Part shown: positions 50,070 through 59,451 of the stretch, one piece after another | Layout of the letters: each line of letters starts with the position of its first letter | Numbering within the stretch: position 1 is the stretch's first letter | Source of the DNA: a virus | Strand: one strand, 5' to 3' | Length of the DNA stretch: 64,000 nucleotides | IMG/VR virus record: IMGVR_UViG_2648501160_000003 | Coordinates: 7,251-71,250 of that record | Program-made: the position numbers and the translations under genes | The notes under the pieces: model-generated | Seen by the model: only the letters and a program-made list of their open reading frames with translations | Databases searched by the model: none | Told to the model about the DNA's origin: nothing

Positions 50070-51317
50070 TTAGTACAGAAATAGCTTGTCAAGCTGATCA
50101 ACTGTTAGGGCTTCGTTATAGAAACCTTCTAGTTGAGCTTCTTTGCCATTTTCATAGATATAATTAGGTGATTCACTATTTGCACCTGAACCAACCAATC
50201 TATAAACAGGGTAGTATTTAAACATTTCATCACGATTGAAGATCCCTACTTTGCGTTTTATGGCATATACAAATCCTGACAATTCATAGCTATTTGCTGT
50301 TTTAAGAGTTGATGGCTGATTACTCGGGAACACTGGATTACAGTCAATTTCGTTGTTGTGATACAATCCCGAATTATTAGTCAGTTTTTCACAGCTACTA
50401 AACTCACGGAAAACATGATAGTTATATGAGTTTCGTGGACCTTTATCATTCGATTTAGATTTCTTAACTAATTTATGGTTTACTACCTTAGTAGTATTTA
50501 CTCCACTATCTAATTGCTCACTCTCAATATAGCTTCTTACTTTTCCCAGATCTGTTTCTTTTATTTTTACGTCATATGGAAAGAAGTCCACCTCTTTACC
50601 ATAGAACTTGCTCAACATCTGTTCAAAATCCATTCCGTGCTTCTTGTAATAATAGAATCCAGAATCTTTTGTGCTTTGTTGACTTGCATGATAGTAAATA
50701 CCATTTACACCCTTTTTCTTATAAATAGGGAAATAGTAATGATGTTCTTCATTTGATACTTGCCCTCTCATGAAAACCATAACAAAGCCTGATTTTAGCA
50801 TTGTAGGATCATTTGAGAGTGAGTCCGAACCTTCAATTTCTACATTACATGAACCACCAATTCGACCAAATTCTTTGCCAAATGATTTGTAGCAATCTTC
50901 GATTTCATTGAATAGATAGAAGTTAAATGTTTTACGATCACTGAAAGCAAATTTCGTTTTTGAGTCTGCAATAACAACATCTACTGGTTTAACTGCCTTC
51001 GTCTCTTTAATTGGCTTAACAATCTGTGGAGATACAGAAGGCTTCTTAGTTTCAGCTTTTAACTCTGTTATTTCAGGCTTAATCTCTTCAGATTGAACTT
51101 TACTATTCAGCTTTTCATTGTTCTCAGGTTTATCAAAGAAGGTGTTGATAAATAACCCAAGAATAACTGCTAAAATGCAGGTTGCTGCAACAGAAGCTAT
51201 TACCTTCCCATTACCCTTAAAAATCAATCTTCCAAGGATATCGTGTGATTGTTTCTCCCCATCTATTAATCTAAGAGGGATGAGTAAAACCCAAATAATA
51301 AATAATGCGAAATTCAT
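50070..51317 (-). CDS. hypothetical membrane-anchored protein
   Basis: 415-aa ORF with two N-terminal hydrophobic segments. Confidence 0.4.
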   Translation of the reverse strand: MNFALFIIWVLLIPLRLIDGEKQSHDILGRLIFKGNGKVIASVAATCILAVILGLFINTFFDKPENNEKLNSKVQSEEIKPEITELKAETKKPSVSPQIVKPIKETKAVKPVDVVIADSKTKFAFSDRKTFNFYLFNEIEDCYKSFGKEFGRIGGSCNVEIEGSDSLSNDPTMLKSGFVMVFMRGQVSNEEHHYYFPIYKKKGVNGIYYHASQQSTKDSGFYYYKKHGMDFEQMLSKFYGKEVDFFPYDVKIKETDLGKVRSYIESEQLDSGVNTTKVVNHKLVKKSKSNDKGPRNSYNYHVFREFSSCEKLTNNSGLYHNNEIDCNPVFPSNQPSTLKTANSYELSGFVYAIKRKVGIFNRDEMFKYYPVYRLVGSGANSESPNYIYENGKEAQLEGFYNEALTVDQLDKLFLY

Positions 51318-51328
51318 TGCGGCTCCAT

Positions 51329-51649
51329 TTATTTCATCATTAATAACTTAATACATTTCAAATTAGCTAAAATTTTTTTTTGTTCTTCGCTTAATTCAAA
51401 TTCAGAAATGACAATGTATTCAGTGTCAGGCTCCAGGGATTCCGTAATTGATTTGACATCATCAGGATTGGTTAGGACAAGAAGGTGTTGAGTACATTGA
51501 GATACCTTAACACCATGCTTCACACCAAGCTTATACAGTTTGTAAAGCTCATTGCAGCTATACCCTACACCCACCTGAACTTCTTCATGAGCGCCTGAAA
51601 CTATTGCATTAGCAGCCTCTGTTTTCTCGTTCATATTAAAACGTTTCAT
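51329..51649 (-). CDS. hypothetical protein
   Basis: 106-aa ORF. Confidence 0.35.
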   Translation of the reverse strand: MKRFNMNEKTEAANAIVSGAHEEVQVGVGYSCNELYKLYKLGVKHGVKVSQCTQHLLVLTNPDDVKSITESLEPDTEYIVISEFELSEEQKKILANLKCIKLLMMK

Positions 51650-51829
51650 GATTAACCTTTTTTATTCTTTTTAATAAAATCCTTGATGAGCAGATGACCA
51701 TCTTTACAATGAAAATTGATGAAAAGAGTGTAATGAAAGCTAGCCAGATAATGCATTTCAAAGGAAAAATTAGTTGCTTAGTGTTCATGACTATTTAAGC
51801 CCTTGCAGAAGCAAGGGCTATACCTTTAT

Positions 51830-52039
51830 TTATTCTTTATCAGCAGATTCAGGCACTTCTTCAACTTCACTTTCTGAATTAGAAGATTTTTGAGCTTTCT
51901 GAAGTTGCGATGTTACTTTAGCTTGCAATCCCATTTCATTTGAAGCTTGGTTTGTACCCAATAGAACCAGGTTGCCATAACGTGCTGCCGTTGTAACAGA
52001 GTCGCGAGCATCCATTGCTTCCATTGACATCATCAGCAT
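51830..52039 (-). CDS. Band-7 C-terminal tail, detached from SPFH domain by an in-frame stop
   Basis: Translating across the TAA at 52112..52114 gives ...ARYGNLVLLGTNQASNEMG, which matches the N-x-VLLP-x-N-x-S-x-MG tail of stomatin/QmcA-type proteins. Same frame as ORF 52112..52795. Confidence 0.45.
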   Translation of the reverse strand: MLMMSMEAMDARDSVTTAARYGNLVLLGTNQASNEMGLQAKVTSQLQKAQKSSNSESEVEEVPESADKE

Positions 52040-52111
52040 ATTAATTTCTGATGCGTCAGTTGTTGACTGTTTGAACTTCTTCAGGTTATCTACACATACC
52101 TGAGCGTAAGA

Positions 52112-52795
52112 TTATCTTGATTTAACAGCAGCTTTGGTGCGCTCTTCAAGCGCTCCAGCATCTGCGCGAGCATCTGCCATTTTAAGTTCGAATTTAGCCT
52201 CTTTTTCAATTATTGCCGCTTCTAGTGTGCGCTTAGCAGCTACGACACGGTTTGAAGCATCACGTACTTCAGTAGGTAGTTTAGGGTCATCGATTTTAAC
52301 ATCAGTGATCTCATATCCGTACTGATTGTAGTTTTTGTTCAGTTTGTCGATTAGATTCTCGGTCATTTTACCTTTACTACTGTAAATTTCTTTTGTTTCC
52401 AAGGAATCACATTCGGCACAAGTCATTTGACGCAAATCAGACTTAATCAGAGATTGAGGATTGTCAAGGTCATAGCAAGCCTCTTGCATTTTATTCTTCA
52501 TTACGCGAACTGAAGCGTTAACTGTCATCCCAAGGACAACTTCATCTGCTGTTTTGACAGAGCAATCTTCTGTGATTTGGAAAATGTCAAAAGACACCTT
52601 GTCAGCAACACCATGAATTGGAGCTGGAAGTTTAAAATAAATGCCTGGCTCAGAGATTTCACGGACAATTCGACCACCAAAGAAGTTGATTAACACACCT
52701 TGCTTTGGTTTTACAATCACGATCATTGAGGATAGAAGTGCAAAGACAGCAACACCAATTGCGCCAAACATCAAAATATTAGATAGCGTATCCAT
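52112..52795 (-). CDS. SPFH/band-7 (stomatin/prohibitin-like) membrane protein
   Basis: N-terminal transmembrane helix, IVKPKQGVLINFFGGRIV...GIYFKLP SPFH core and an A/E/K-rich coiled-coil. Confidence 0.7.
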   Translation of the reverse strand: MDTLSNILMFGAIGVAVFALLSSMIVIVKPKQGVLINFFGGRIVREISEPGIYFKLPAPIHGVADKVSFDIFQITEDCSVKTADEVVLGMTVNASVRVMKNKMQEACYDLDNPQSLIKSDLRQMTCAECDSLETKEIYSSKGKMTENLIDKLNKNYNQYGYEITDVKIDDPKLPTEVRDASNRVVAAKRTLEAAIIEKEAKFELKMADARADAGALEERTKAAVKSR

Positions 52796-52910
52796 TTTAT
52801 TTCCTTTATTTAATTGATTAAATTTTTTATCCCAGTGTTATCACAAGGTTTTTCATTTGATTTGGTCGCATATTATAGGCCAGACTGCATCATGTCAATA
52901 TTTTTTACAA

Positions 52911-52936
52911 ACATAAAAAAGGAGGCTTAAGCCTCC
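52911..52936 (-). terminator. rho-independent terminator downstream of ndk
   Basis: GGAGGC-TTAA-GCCTCC hairpin with a T-run on the minus strand. Confidence 0.55.
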
Positions 52937-52953
52937 TAAAGTAATAGTTACTC

Positions 52954-53379
52954 TTATACAAAGAGCTTGGTTTTGAATAACTCAATCTCACGATTTGCTG
53001 ACTCATCGCTATCAGAGCCATGTACGGAGTTTTCACTTTTAGTTTGAGCGTACTTAGCTCTCAACGTGCCAGATTCTGCTTCTTGTGGGTTCGTAGCACC
53101 CATAAGACCACGGTATTTTAAAACAGCGTTTTCAGCTTCAATCACATACCCTACAACTTCGCCACTAGTCATGAATTCAATAAGTTCACCAAAGAAGGGC
53201 TTTTCCTTATGTTCCGCATAGAACGTTTCCGCAGCATGTTTGGTCATAACACCACGCTTTAGTGCAACGAGCTTAAAGCCAGCATTTAAGATATCGGCCA
53301 GGATCGCAGAATCAAGATTTTCTTTTGTTGCATTTGGCTTAATCAAGCCGAAAGTTAAGATACTTTTCATATATTTCAC
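52954..53379 (-). CDS. ndk: nucleoside diphosphate kinase
   Basis: GLIKPNA...NSVHGSDS active-site His motif. 141 aa. Confidence 0.85.
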   Translation of the reverse strand: MKYMKSILTFGLIKPNATKENLDSAILADILNAGFKLVALKRGVMTKHAAETFYAEHKEKPFFGELIEFMTSGEVVGYVIEAENAVLKYRGLMGATNPQEAESGTLRAKYAQTKSENSVHGSDSDESANREIELFKTKLFV

Positions 53380-53492
53380 TTTTTATTACTTATTAAAATT
53401 ACGTTTTGATGTTATATCTTTTGATCTAAAGGATCAATCCATAGAGTCGATCTACGTAAGAATCAATGTTTAAGTGATTCATATTTAGGCAA

Positions 53493-55130
53493 TCAAAGCG
53501 AATTCTGCACTTCTTGCTCTAAAATTTTACTTTGAATTTCGCCACCATCACCAAATAGAAATTCATGTTGCTTATTCAATACACTTACGAAATCAAAGTT
53601 ACTTCCTTGTTCATAACCACAGATCTTTAGTCCATTTTCCTTAAGAATTCCAACCAACGAAGGTGATACATTTTTTGGAACAATCGCAACAGAGAAATCG
53701 TTTAATCGAATAGGATTACTCATTTTTAACTCGAAGTAGGTATACGGAGCAACAATTAAACTATTTCTTAAATCATCGATTCTAGTTATAAGTTCATGCG
53801 GCAACTGGTCAACGAAAAAGCTATCACGTAGTTCATCGTTAACTTCACACCGAGATTGAACAAGTGCCTCTGTAGCTGCATTATTGTAAATTGATGACAC
53901 ATTTCCATTTGGATCTTTGAATTTGTAGTAAGCAGCTAATTCTTCGATTATCGCACTCAGTTCAACTTTAAGGCTCATGAAATACTCATTTACTTCTTCT
54001 TCAGATTTTAACTGGTCTATGTGATTCTCGATTTCTCCTAGAGAGTGTAATCGCTCTTTTACTGATGCAGCAATCTTAACTATCGAAGTTGAAAACAAAC
54101 TATCACATGTAATCAATTTTCTATTCATTTCTTTTGACAGGTTATCTAGAGTCGCTAACTCTCTTTCTACTCCGTAGATCTCATCATGCGAAATATCTTC
54201 TTTGTCGTAATCTACATCATGCTCAGATGTTTTAAAGAAAAAGGCTTTTCCAAAGCCAGGCTCAATTGTCTTTGATACCCAGTCTTCAAAAGTTCCGCGT
54301 GGCACATGATTTTTGAAGTATTCCTCAAGATCGCTTATGTATTTCGACTCGTCAATTGAAGATGTTCTTCTAAGGTGTTCTTTTAAATCATTCCTTGCAT
54401 TGTCAAAATAGCTTACATAGAGCTTTGGAATCCCGTCATCAAAGTACATGCTGTTTTCTATGAATGCATTTAACTTCCTAAGTTCAATCCTGTTTTTTCT
54501 TGAGTTGCCATCGCTTCCACCTGTACTGCTTAGCATTTTCATTTTTAACTGCACGTCAGCCAGAAGGAGTTTTGATATTTCTTTATTAGCATCATCATCA
54601 GGAAGATCTAACACATTGTTATCAATAAGAGCTTCAATTGATTCATTAGATAAAAAAGGTATCTTTTTCTCCTTAGGGATCTCCTTAGGCTTACAGGGGT
54701 TGAGTATATTTTTTTCTTTCAAATAGAGTAATTTTACAGCAGGATTCTTAACCAACAAGTTTCTTGCTGAAATAGCTCCTTTTAATAGCTCAGGATGTAT
54801 AACTGTTTGGGTTTTATATTTCTCGCCAACATTAACCTTATTTGCTTGCAGGGCTGAATCTAACCGATCATTTAATTGATCCCAGAATGAGTGATTCAAT
54901 TCAAAAGATACATCTGGTAATACTGAGCTGTACACATCAATAGATGAAGCGTAATTATTGTTGAAATCAATTTTTTTAGGGTCAAGAAGCAGTACGCAAG
55001 AGCCATACTTAAAGAACTCTTGGTTTGAAGGGATGAAGCCAAGTGAAGGATTTGGAAGCCCACCGATTAGGTTTGCGAACTCTAAATCACTTTCTGTTAA
55101 AGCGTGTGCTAATGCTATTCTTTTTTTCAT
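53493..55130 (-). CDS. hypothetical protein
   Basis: 545-aa ORF. Confidence 0.4.
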   Translation of the reverse strand: MKKRIALAHALTESDLEFANLIGGLPNPSLGFIPSNQEFFKYGSCVLLLDPKKIDFNNNYASSIDVYSSVLPDVSFELNHSFWDQLNDRLDSALQANKVNVGEKYKTQTVIHPELLKGAISARNLLVKNPAVKLLYLKEKNILNPCKPKEIPKEKKIPFLSNESIEALIDNNVLDLPDDDANKEISKLLLADVQLKMKMLSSTGGSDGNSRKNRIELRKLNAFIENSMYFDDGIPKLYVSYFDNARNDLKEHLRRTSSIDESKYISDLEEYFKNHVPRGTFEDWVSKTIEPGFGKAFFFKTSEHDVDYDKEDISHDEIYGVERELATLDNLSKEMNRKLITCDSLFSTSIVKIAASVKERLHSLGEIENHIDQLKSEEEVNEYFMSLKVELSAIIEELAAYYKFKDPNGNVSSIYNNAATEALVQSRCEVNDELRDSFFVDQLPHELITRIDDLRNSLIVAPYTYFELKMSNPIRLNDFSVAIVPKNVSPSLVGILKENGLKICGYEQGSNFDFVSVLNKQHEFLFGDGGEIQSKILEQEVQNSL

Positions 55131-55195
55131 TAATAATGACCATTATATTTATTTCTTCTAAAATTATAACATAATGGTCATTGGCAATTAAATAA

Positions 55196-56032
55196 TTAAA
55201 GTTCTATAGATAGGCTGGTGCAACCTTCCTCAAGTTGACTTAATACCAAGGTAAAACAGTCGCTATCGTTCACGTTGAATTCATGCCTTTTTAAGGCTGC
55301 GTATCCAAGTAAAATAGACTTTGCATCTCTTACTGTGTTTTTCTCAAGTGCAACATCTACAGCCGCTCTAACTATCATGTTAGGGTTATCTTCGAATCCT
55401 TTAACATCTAAATCAGATATAACTTTTCTGGAGGTTATTTTATTCAAGCTTTCGCCACTAGGACATACGAATTCTGAAGATATCAAGTGTGATTCATAAT
55501 CTTCAAAAAGCACTCTAACCATGAAATCATTATCATTAAGAATTCTTACTCGAATATCATCATAATAAACAAAATTAGGGTGTTCTCCAGTTCTATAGTA
55601 TTTAATAAGATCTTCAAACACAGAATTCCAGTCTGGTGCTTGCGATGATTCAGTAATTACATCAACGGGACACTCTATGAATTCAATTGGAAGTAAAGGA
55701 GCATCATCAATATGGCGGTTGATCATAAACAAATGCTTATGACAAGTGATAGAGTCTTTAGCTATAAGTTTAAGGTATTCATTGGGTTTGTTTCGCTGTA
55801 GCTTGAATAAGCTACTTGCTATCATGGATTCAGCTAAATCTTTAAGATCTTTGGTTCCCATCAATACTGACTTGGTATTAATTAAGTTCAAATCTTTCTT
55901 GCATTTGCTCGAAGTGTGCTTTTCAATTGCATGGTATTTTGAAAGCAGGCAATCGATGTCGATATCAACTGATGTGCTAACTCTAGCTTCATCTGATGAG
56001 TAGATAATCAGATTTAAAATCATAAAAAACAT
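55196..56032 (-). CDS. hypothetical protein
   Basis: 278-aa ORF. Confidence 0.4.
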   Translation of the reverse strand: MFFMILNLIIYSSDEARVSTSVDIDIDCLLSKYHAIEKHTSSKCKKDLNLINTKSVLMGTKDLKDLAESMIASSLFKLQRNKPNEYLKLIAKDSITCHKHLFMINRHIDDAPLLPIEFIECPVDVITESSQAPDWNSVFEDLIKYYRTGEHPNFVYYDDIRVRILNDNDFMVRVLFEDYESHLISSEFVCPSGESLNKITSRKVISDLDVKGFEDNPNMIVRAAVDVALEKNTVRDAKSILLGYAALKRHEFNVNDSDCFTLVLSQLEEGCTSLSIEL

Positions 56033-56080
56033 CCCTTTGCTTTCTTGAAAGGGATATTTATATCATAATATTAATCAGTT

Positions 56081-56602
56081 TCAAGAGTACTCGACTGAAA
56101 TTTCATTAGTTTTTTCTCTTCTTACAAACTCAATACGTTTTTCAAGTGGGTAACTTTGCGAATATGGTGAAACAATTCCATCATGACCTAGCCAAGACCA
56201 AAGACGAGGATTTCCATATCTTGTTATTATTTCTGTTTTGTCATTACTATCTTGTAAATCGTAAACAAGCTCATTTTCCCCTTTGTTATGAAATATCCAT
56301 AAATCAACGATAAATCTCTTATCTACTACAGCAAAGTAATGTTGATTTTCATCAGTTACGTTTGGATTCGAAACTATAGGGTTGTCGCCTCTAAAAAATC
56401 CGTAAACTTCGGCTTTACCTTTAAGCTTGTTTGCGACAAAACACGCACATTTAACACTGTCCGCGATATCATCCCCAGATGATAAGTTTTTTGTCGCACT
56501 CACATTATCTGAACCTAGCACTGGTTCGCCACGCAAATTTCCAAAATAGATACCTATTGATTCTGGAGATTGAAACTGTTCTTTTAGGAATTTTTTATCC
56601 AT
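56081..56602 (-). CDS. hypothetical protein
   Basis: 173-aa ORF. First gene after a 480-bp AT-rich divergent intergenic region. Confidence 0.4.
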   Translation of the reverse strand: MDKKFLKEQFQSPESIGIYFGNLRGEPVLGSDNVSATKNLSSGDDIADSVKCACFVANKLKGKAEVYGFFRGDNPIVSNPNVTDENQHYFAVVDKRFIVDLWIFHNKGENELVYDLQDSNDKTEIITRYGNPRLWSWLGHDGIVSPYSQSYPLEKRIEFVRREKTNEISVEYS

Positions 56603-57081
56603 TTTGTCATCTCCTAATCACACAAAAAATGTGACGAATATCTTTATTTAACTATAGCATGACAAATACAATATAAAAACAAAGTTGAATATTTTTATAA
56701 TAATATTCTAGTGATCGAGATCACATTTCTGCTACTTTATGATAATTTTGATTTGCTTTTATTTGCCATATGTTTTTTATAGTTTGCTTTTTTTATAAAA
56801 AAACTAAATCGTGAATTTTTTATTTTTTAACTCAAGTTGTTGATTTAACTCAGCTAATTTAAATCAGGCTAAGTTTTGTTTTTATATTTATGCGATTATT
56901 AGTTTAATTATAACTTTATTTATAAGAGCAAGCCAGATATGTTGCGCCAATGTTAATGGAGAGTTTAAGTTAAATTTTACTTGATTTTCTGTGTTCTTAG
57001 TTATACATTGATAAAAATTAAGTAATGATTATTTATTAAACTTAATTTGTTTTTATTTACTATTAATTTATAGGTTCGCAA

Positions 57082-58266
57082 ATGAAAAAAGTATTACTTA
57101 CATTGGCTGTCTCTGCCACATTCTCATCACAAGCTTTTTCAGCAACAACATTTGACGCTCGTTCAGTAGGTATGGGTGGAATCGGTGTTTCTACTTCAAA
57201 CTACCTTATGGCACCATTCCACAACCCAGCCCTTGTAGCAAAATATGGCGATAGCGATGACGTGGGTATCTTGCTACCTTCTATCGGCGTCAATCTACAA
57301 GATAAGGGCGAAATGGTAGATGGTATTGATAGTGCTGTTGATGCCATTGACGCTTTAGAAGCGAACCGCACACAACATAACGCTTCAAATGTTGTTGATG
57401 CTCTTTCAGCGTTAAATCGTGATAGCGCTTATGTGCAAGCTGGCGTTGGTATGGCAGTAGCGATTCCAAATCAATGGGTCTCTGTGAATTTGTTCACTCA
57501 AGGCTATGCAGACGCATTTGTTTACGCAGATGTCGCTGATAGTGATTTGAATGAATCTGATCTTCTTAACCCTTCTCACACATATGAATCTACAGCAACT
57601 GTCGCTGGTATCGCTGTTGTTGAATTTGGCGCAGCTCTAGCTAAAGAGTACAAACTAGAAAATAGTGTAATTTACTATGGTCTAACACCGAAAATCCAAC
57701 AGGTGAAAACCATCAACTACGTTGCAGATATCAACAACTTTGAGTTTGATGATATGACAGATGATCAGTATCAGAATTCTGAAACAAGTTTCAACCTGGA
57801 TGCTGGCGTTGCATATACAATGAATAACGGCTTGTCTCTTGGTCTTGTTGGTCGAAACTTAATTTCACAAAGTTTTGATACCGTTGAGCTAGATGGTGTT
57901 AAAGCAAGCTATTCGATTAATCCTGTTTTCGTAGCAAGCGCAAGTTACAACTATAGCTGGTTCACAGTTGGTGCAGATATTGAGCTAAATGAAACAGAGC
58001 GATTCGAAGATATGTCTGGATTCATGAATTCAATTGATTCTTCATCAGATAACACTCAGCTAGCTGGAATTGGTATTGAACTAAATGCTTGGGACTGGGC
58101 GCAACTTCGTGCAGGCTACCAAACTGACATTGCCAACAATCTTGACGATCAATTCACAGCAGGTATCGGGATTTCTCCATTTGGTACAGTTCGAATTGAC
58201 CTAGCTGGCTCTTATGCTGGTGAAAATCAATTGGGTGTTTCACTACAAACATCTATGACATTCTAA
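57082..58266 (+). CDS. outer-membrane beta-barrel protein (FadL/TraF-like pattern)
   Basis: Signal peptide, a DARSVGMGGIG...NPALVA N-terminal block, alternating amphipathic strands and a C-terminal Phe. Confidence 0.5.
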   Translation: MKKVLLTLAVSATFSSQAFSATTFDARSVGMGGIGVSTSNYLMAPFHNPALVAKYGDSDDVGILLPSIGVNLQDKGEMVDGIDSAVDAIDALEANRTQHNASNVVDALSALNRDSAYVQAGVGMAVAIPNQWVSVNLFTQGYADAFVYADVADSDLNESDLLNPSHTYESTATVAGIAVVEFGAALAKEYKLENSVIYYGLTPKIQQVKTINYVADINNFEFDDMTDDQYQNSETSFNLDAGVAYTMNNGLSLGLVGRNLISQSFDTVELDGVKASYSINPVFVASASYNYSWFTVGADIELNETERFEDMSGFMNSIDSSSDNTQLAGIGIELNAWDWAQLRAGYQTDIANNLDDQFTAGIGISPFGTVRIDLAGSYAGENQLGVSLQTSMTF

Positions 58267-58295
58267 AAGAAATCTCAATAAGTCTAATTTGTAAT

Positions 58296-58322
58296 AGCCT
58301 TACATTGTTAAGGCTTTTTTGC
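58296..58322 (+). terminator. rho-independent terminator
   Basis: AGCCTTA-CATTG-TTAAGGCT hairpin followed by TTTTTT. Confidence 0.6.
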
Positions 58323-58460
58323 TCTATAAACTTAAACTAACTAAACACTAAGACTTTCAGACTTCCTCTGGTACAATAATATCATCTACAATTTTTAAGT
58401 ATCTAATCATTTTGAATTCCGATATAGCGTATTCAGTAACGATTAAATGAGATAAGTTTT

Positions 58461-59300
58461 ATGAATGAATTTGTCAAACAACTGGATTTAAGCTCAGCGG
58501 AGAATATCTATATACCAGGAGATATTCACGGGGAGTTTAATTTTCTACAATTAGCCCTCAATGAATTGGGGTTCTCTAATAAAGATCATTTACTACTGGT
58601 AGGTGATAATATTGACCGTGGCTCACAGAACTTGGAAATGATTACTTATTTACTAAGCATTGAAAATGGTCACTCCGTTGAAGGTAATCACGAAAGAATG
58701 GCTATCAACGCCTTTGTAAACAACGATAGAGCAAGTTATCATGCATGGTATCAAAGCGGTGGCGATTGGATTGATAAATATCCTGACTGCATGACCAAGT
58801 ACATGCTTTCTAAGCTCAATGGTCAATTACCATATTGTATTGAATTCGAGTTCTTAGGTAAAAAGATTGCAGTTTCTCACGCTTCAATTCCTGATTACGA
58901 CTACTTAGAGCTTAATAAACAGGGCGCATCCAAGAGAAATATTGACTTGTTAACAAGCCATCACGAAGAGTTTGTTGAATACGGTGTTTTAAAGAACGAA
59001 CATCATAACGTTCCTGTAAAGGGCTTGGATCTTGCAATTCATGGTCATACTGGGGTTTCTAAACCTGTAATGGTTCATAATCGAATTTACCTGGATACAG
59101 GCTTGAGCAAAGACGCTGGTATTGGCGAAGGTTCGAAGAACTTCCTCAGCATTTTATGTTTCAATAAGACCAAGGGTATATCACTCGTACACTTCAAAAG
59201 AAACCTTTTTATGAAAGGGATTGAGTGGCTGGAAGATGTTGATAATAAAACGACATACGAACAACTACAGAATCTAGGTTTTAAGGTAGATTCAAAATGA
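58461..59300 (+). CDS. PPP-family metallophosphoesterase (lambda-phosphatase/ApaH-like)
   Basis: GDIHGEF, VGDNIDRGSQ and EGNHE motifs in the canonical order. Confidence 0.75.
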   Translation: MNEFVKQLDLSSAENIYIPGDIHGEFNFLQLALNELGFSNKDHLLLVGDNIDRGSQNLEMITYLLSIENGHSVEGNHERMAINAFVNNDRASYHAWYQSGGDWIDKYPDCMTKYMLSKLNGQLPYCIEFEFLGKKIAVSHASIPDYDYLELNKQGASKRNIDLLTSHHEEFVEYGVLKNEHHNVPVKGLDLAIHGHTGVSKPVMVHNRIYLDTGLSKDAGIGEGSKNFLSILCFNKTKGISLVHFKRNLFMKGIEWLEDVDNKTTYEQLQNLGFKVDSK

Positions 59301-59451
59301 ATCTTTGATTGAGAAGTAATTTTCGAAGCAAGATGATGGAAAATCTGTTTTTATGGATAATTAAGCCTCTAAAGAAATCATGATTCAGAAAAAGTCAGAA
59401 ATAAAACAAAAGAAGAGTAAAAAAATAAGTGGAGCTATGCTCCACTTATTG

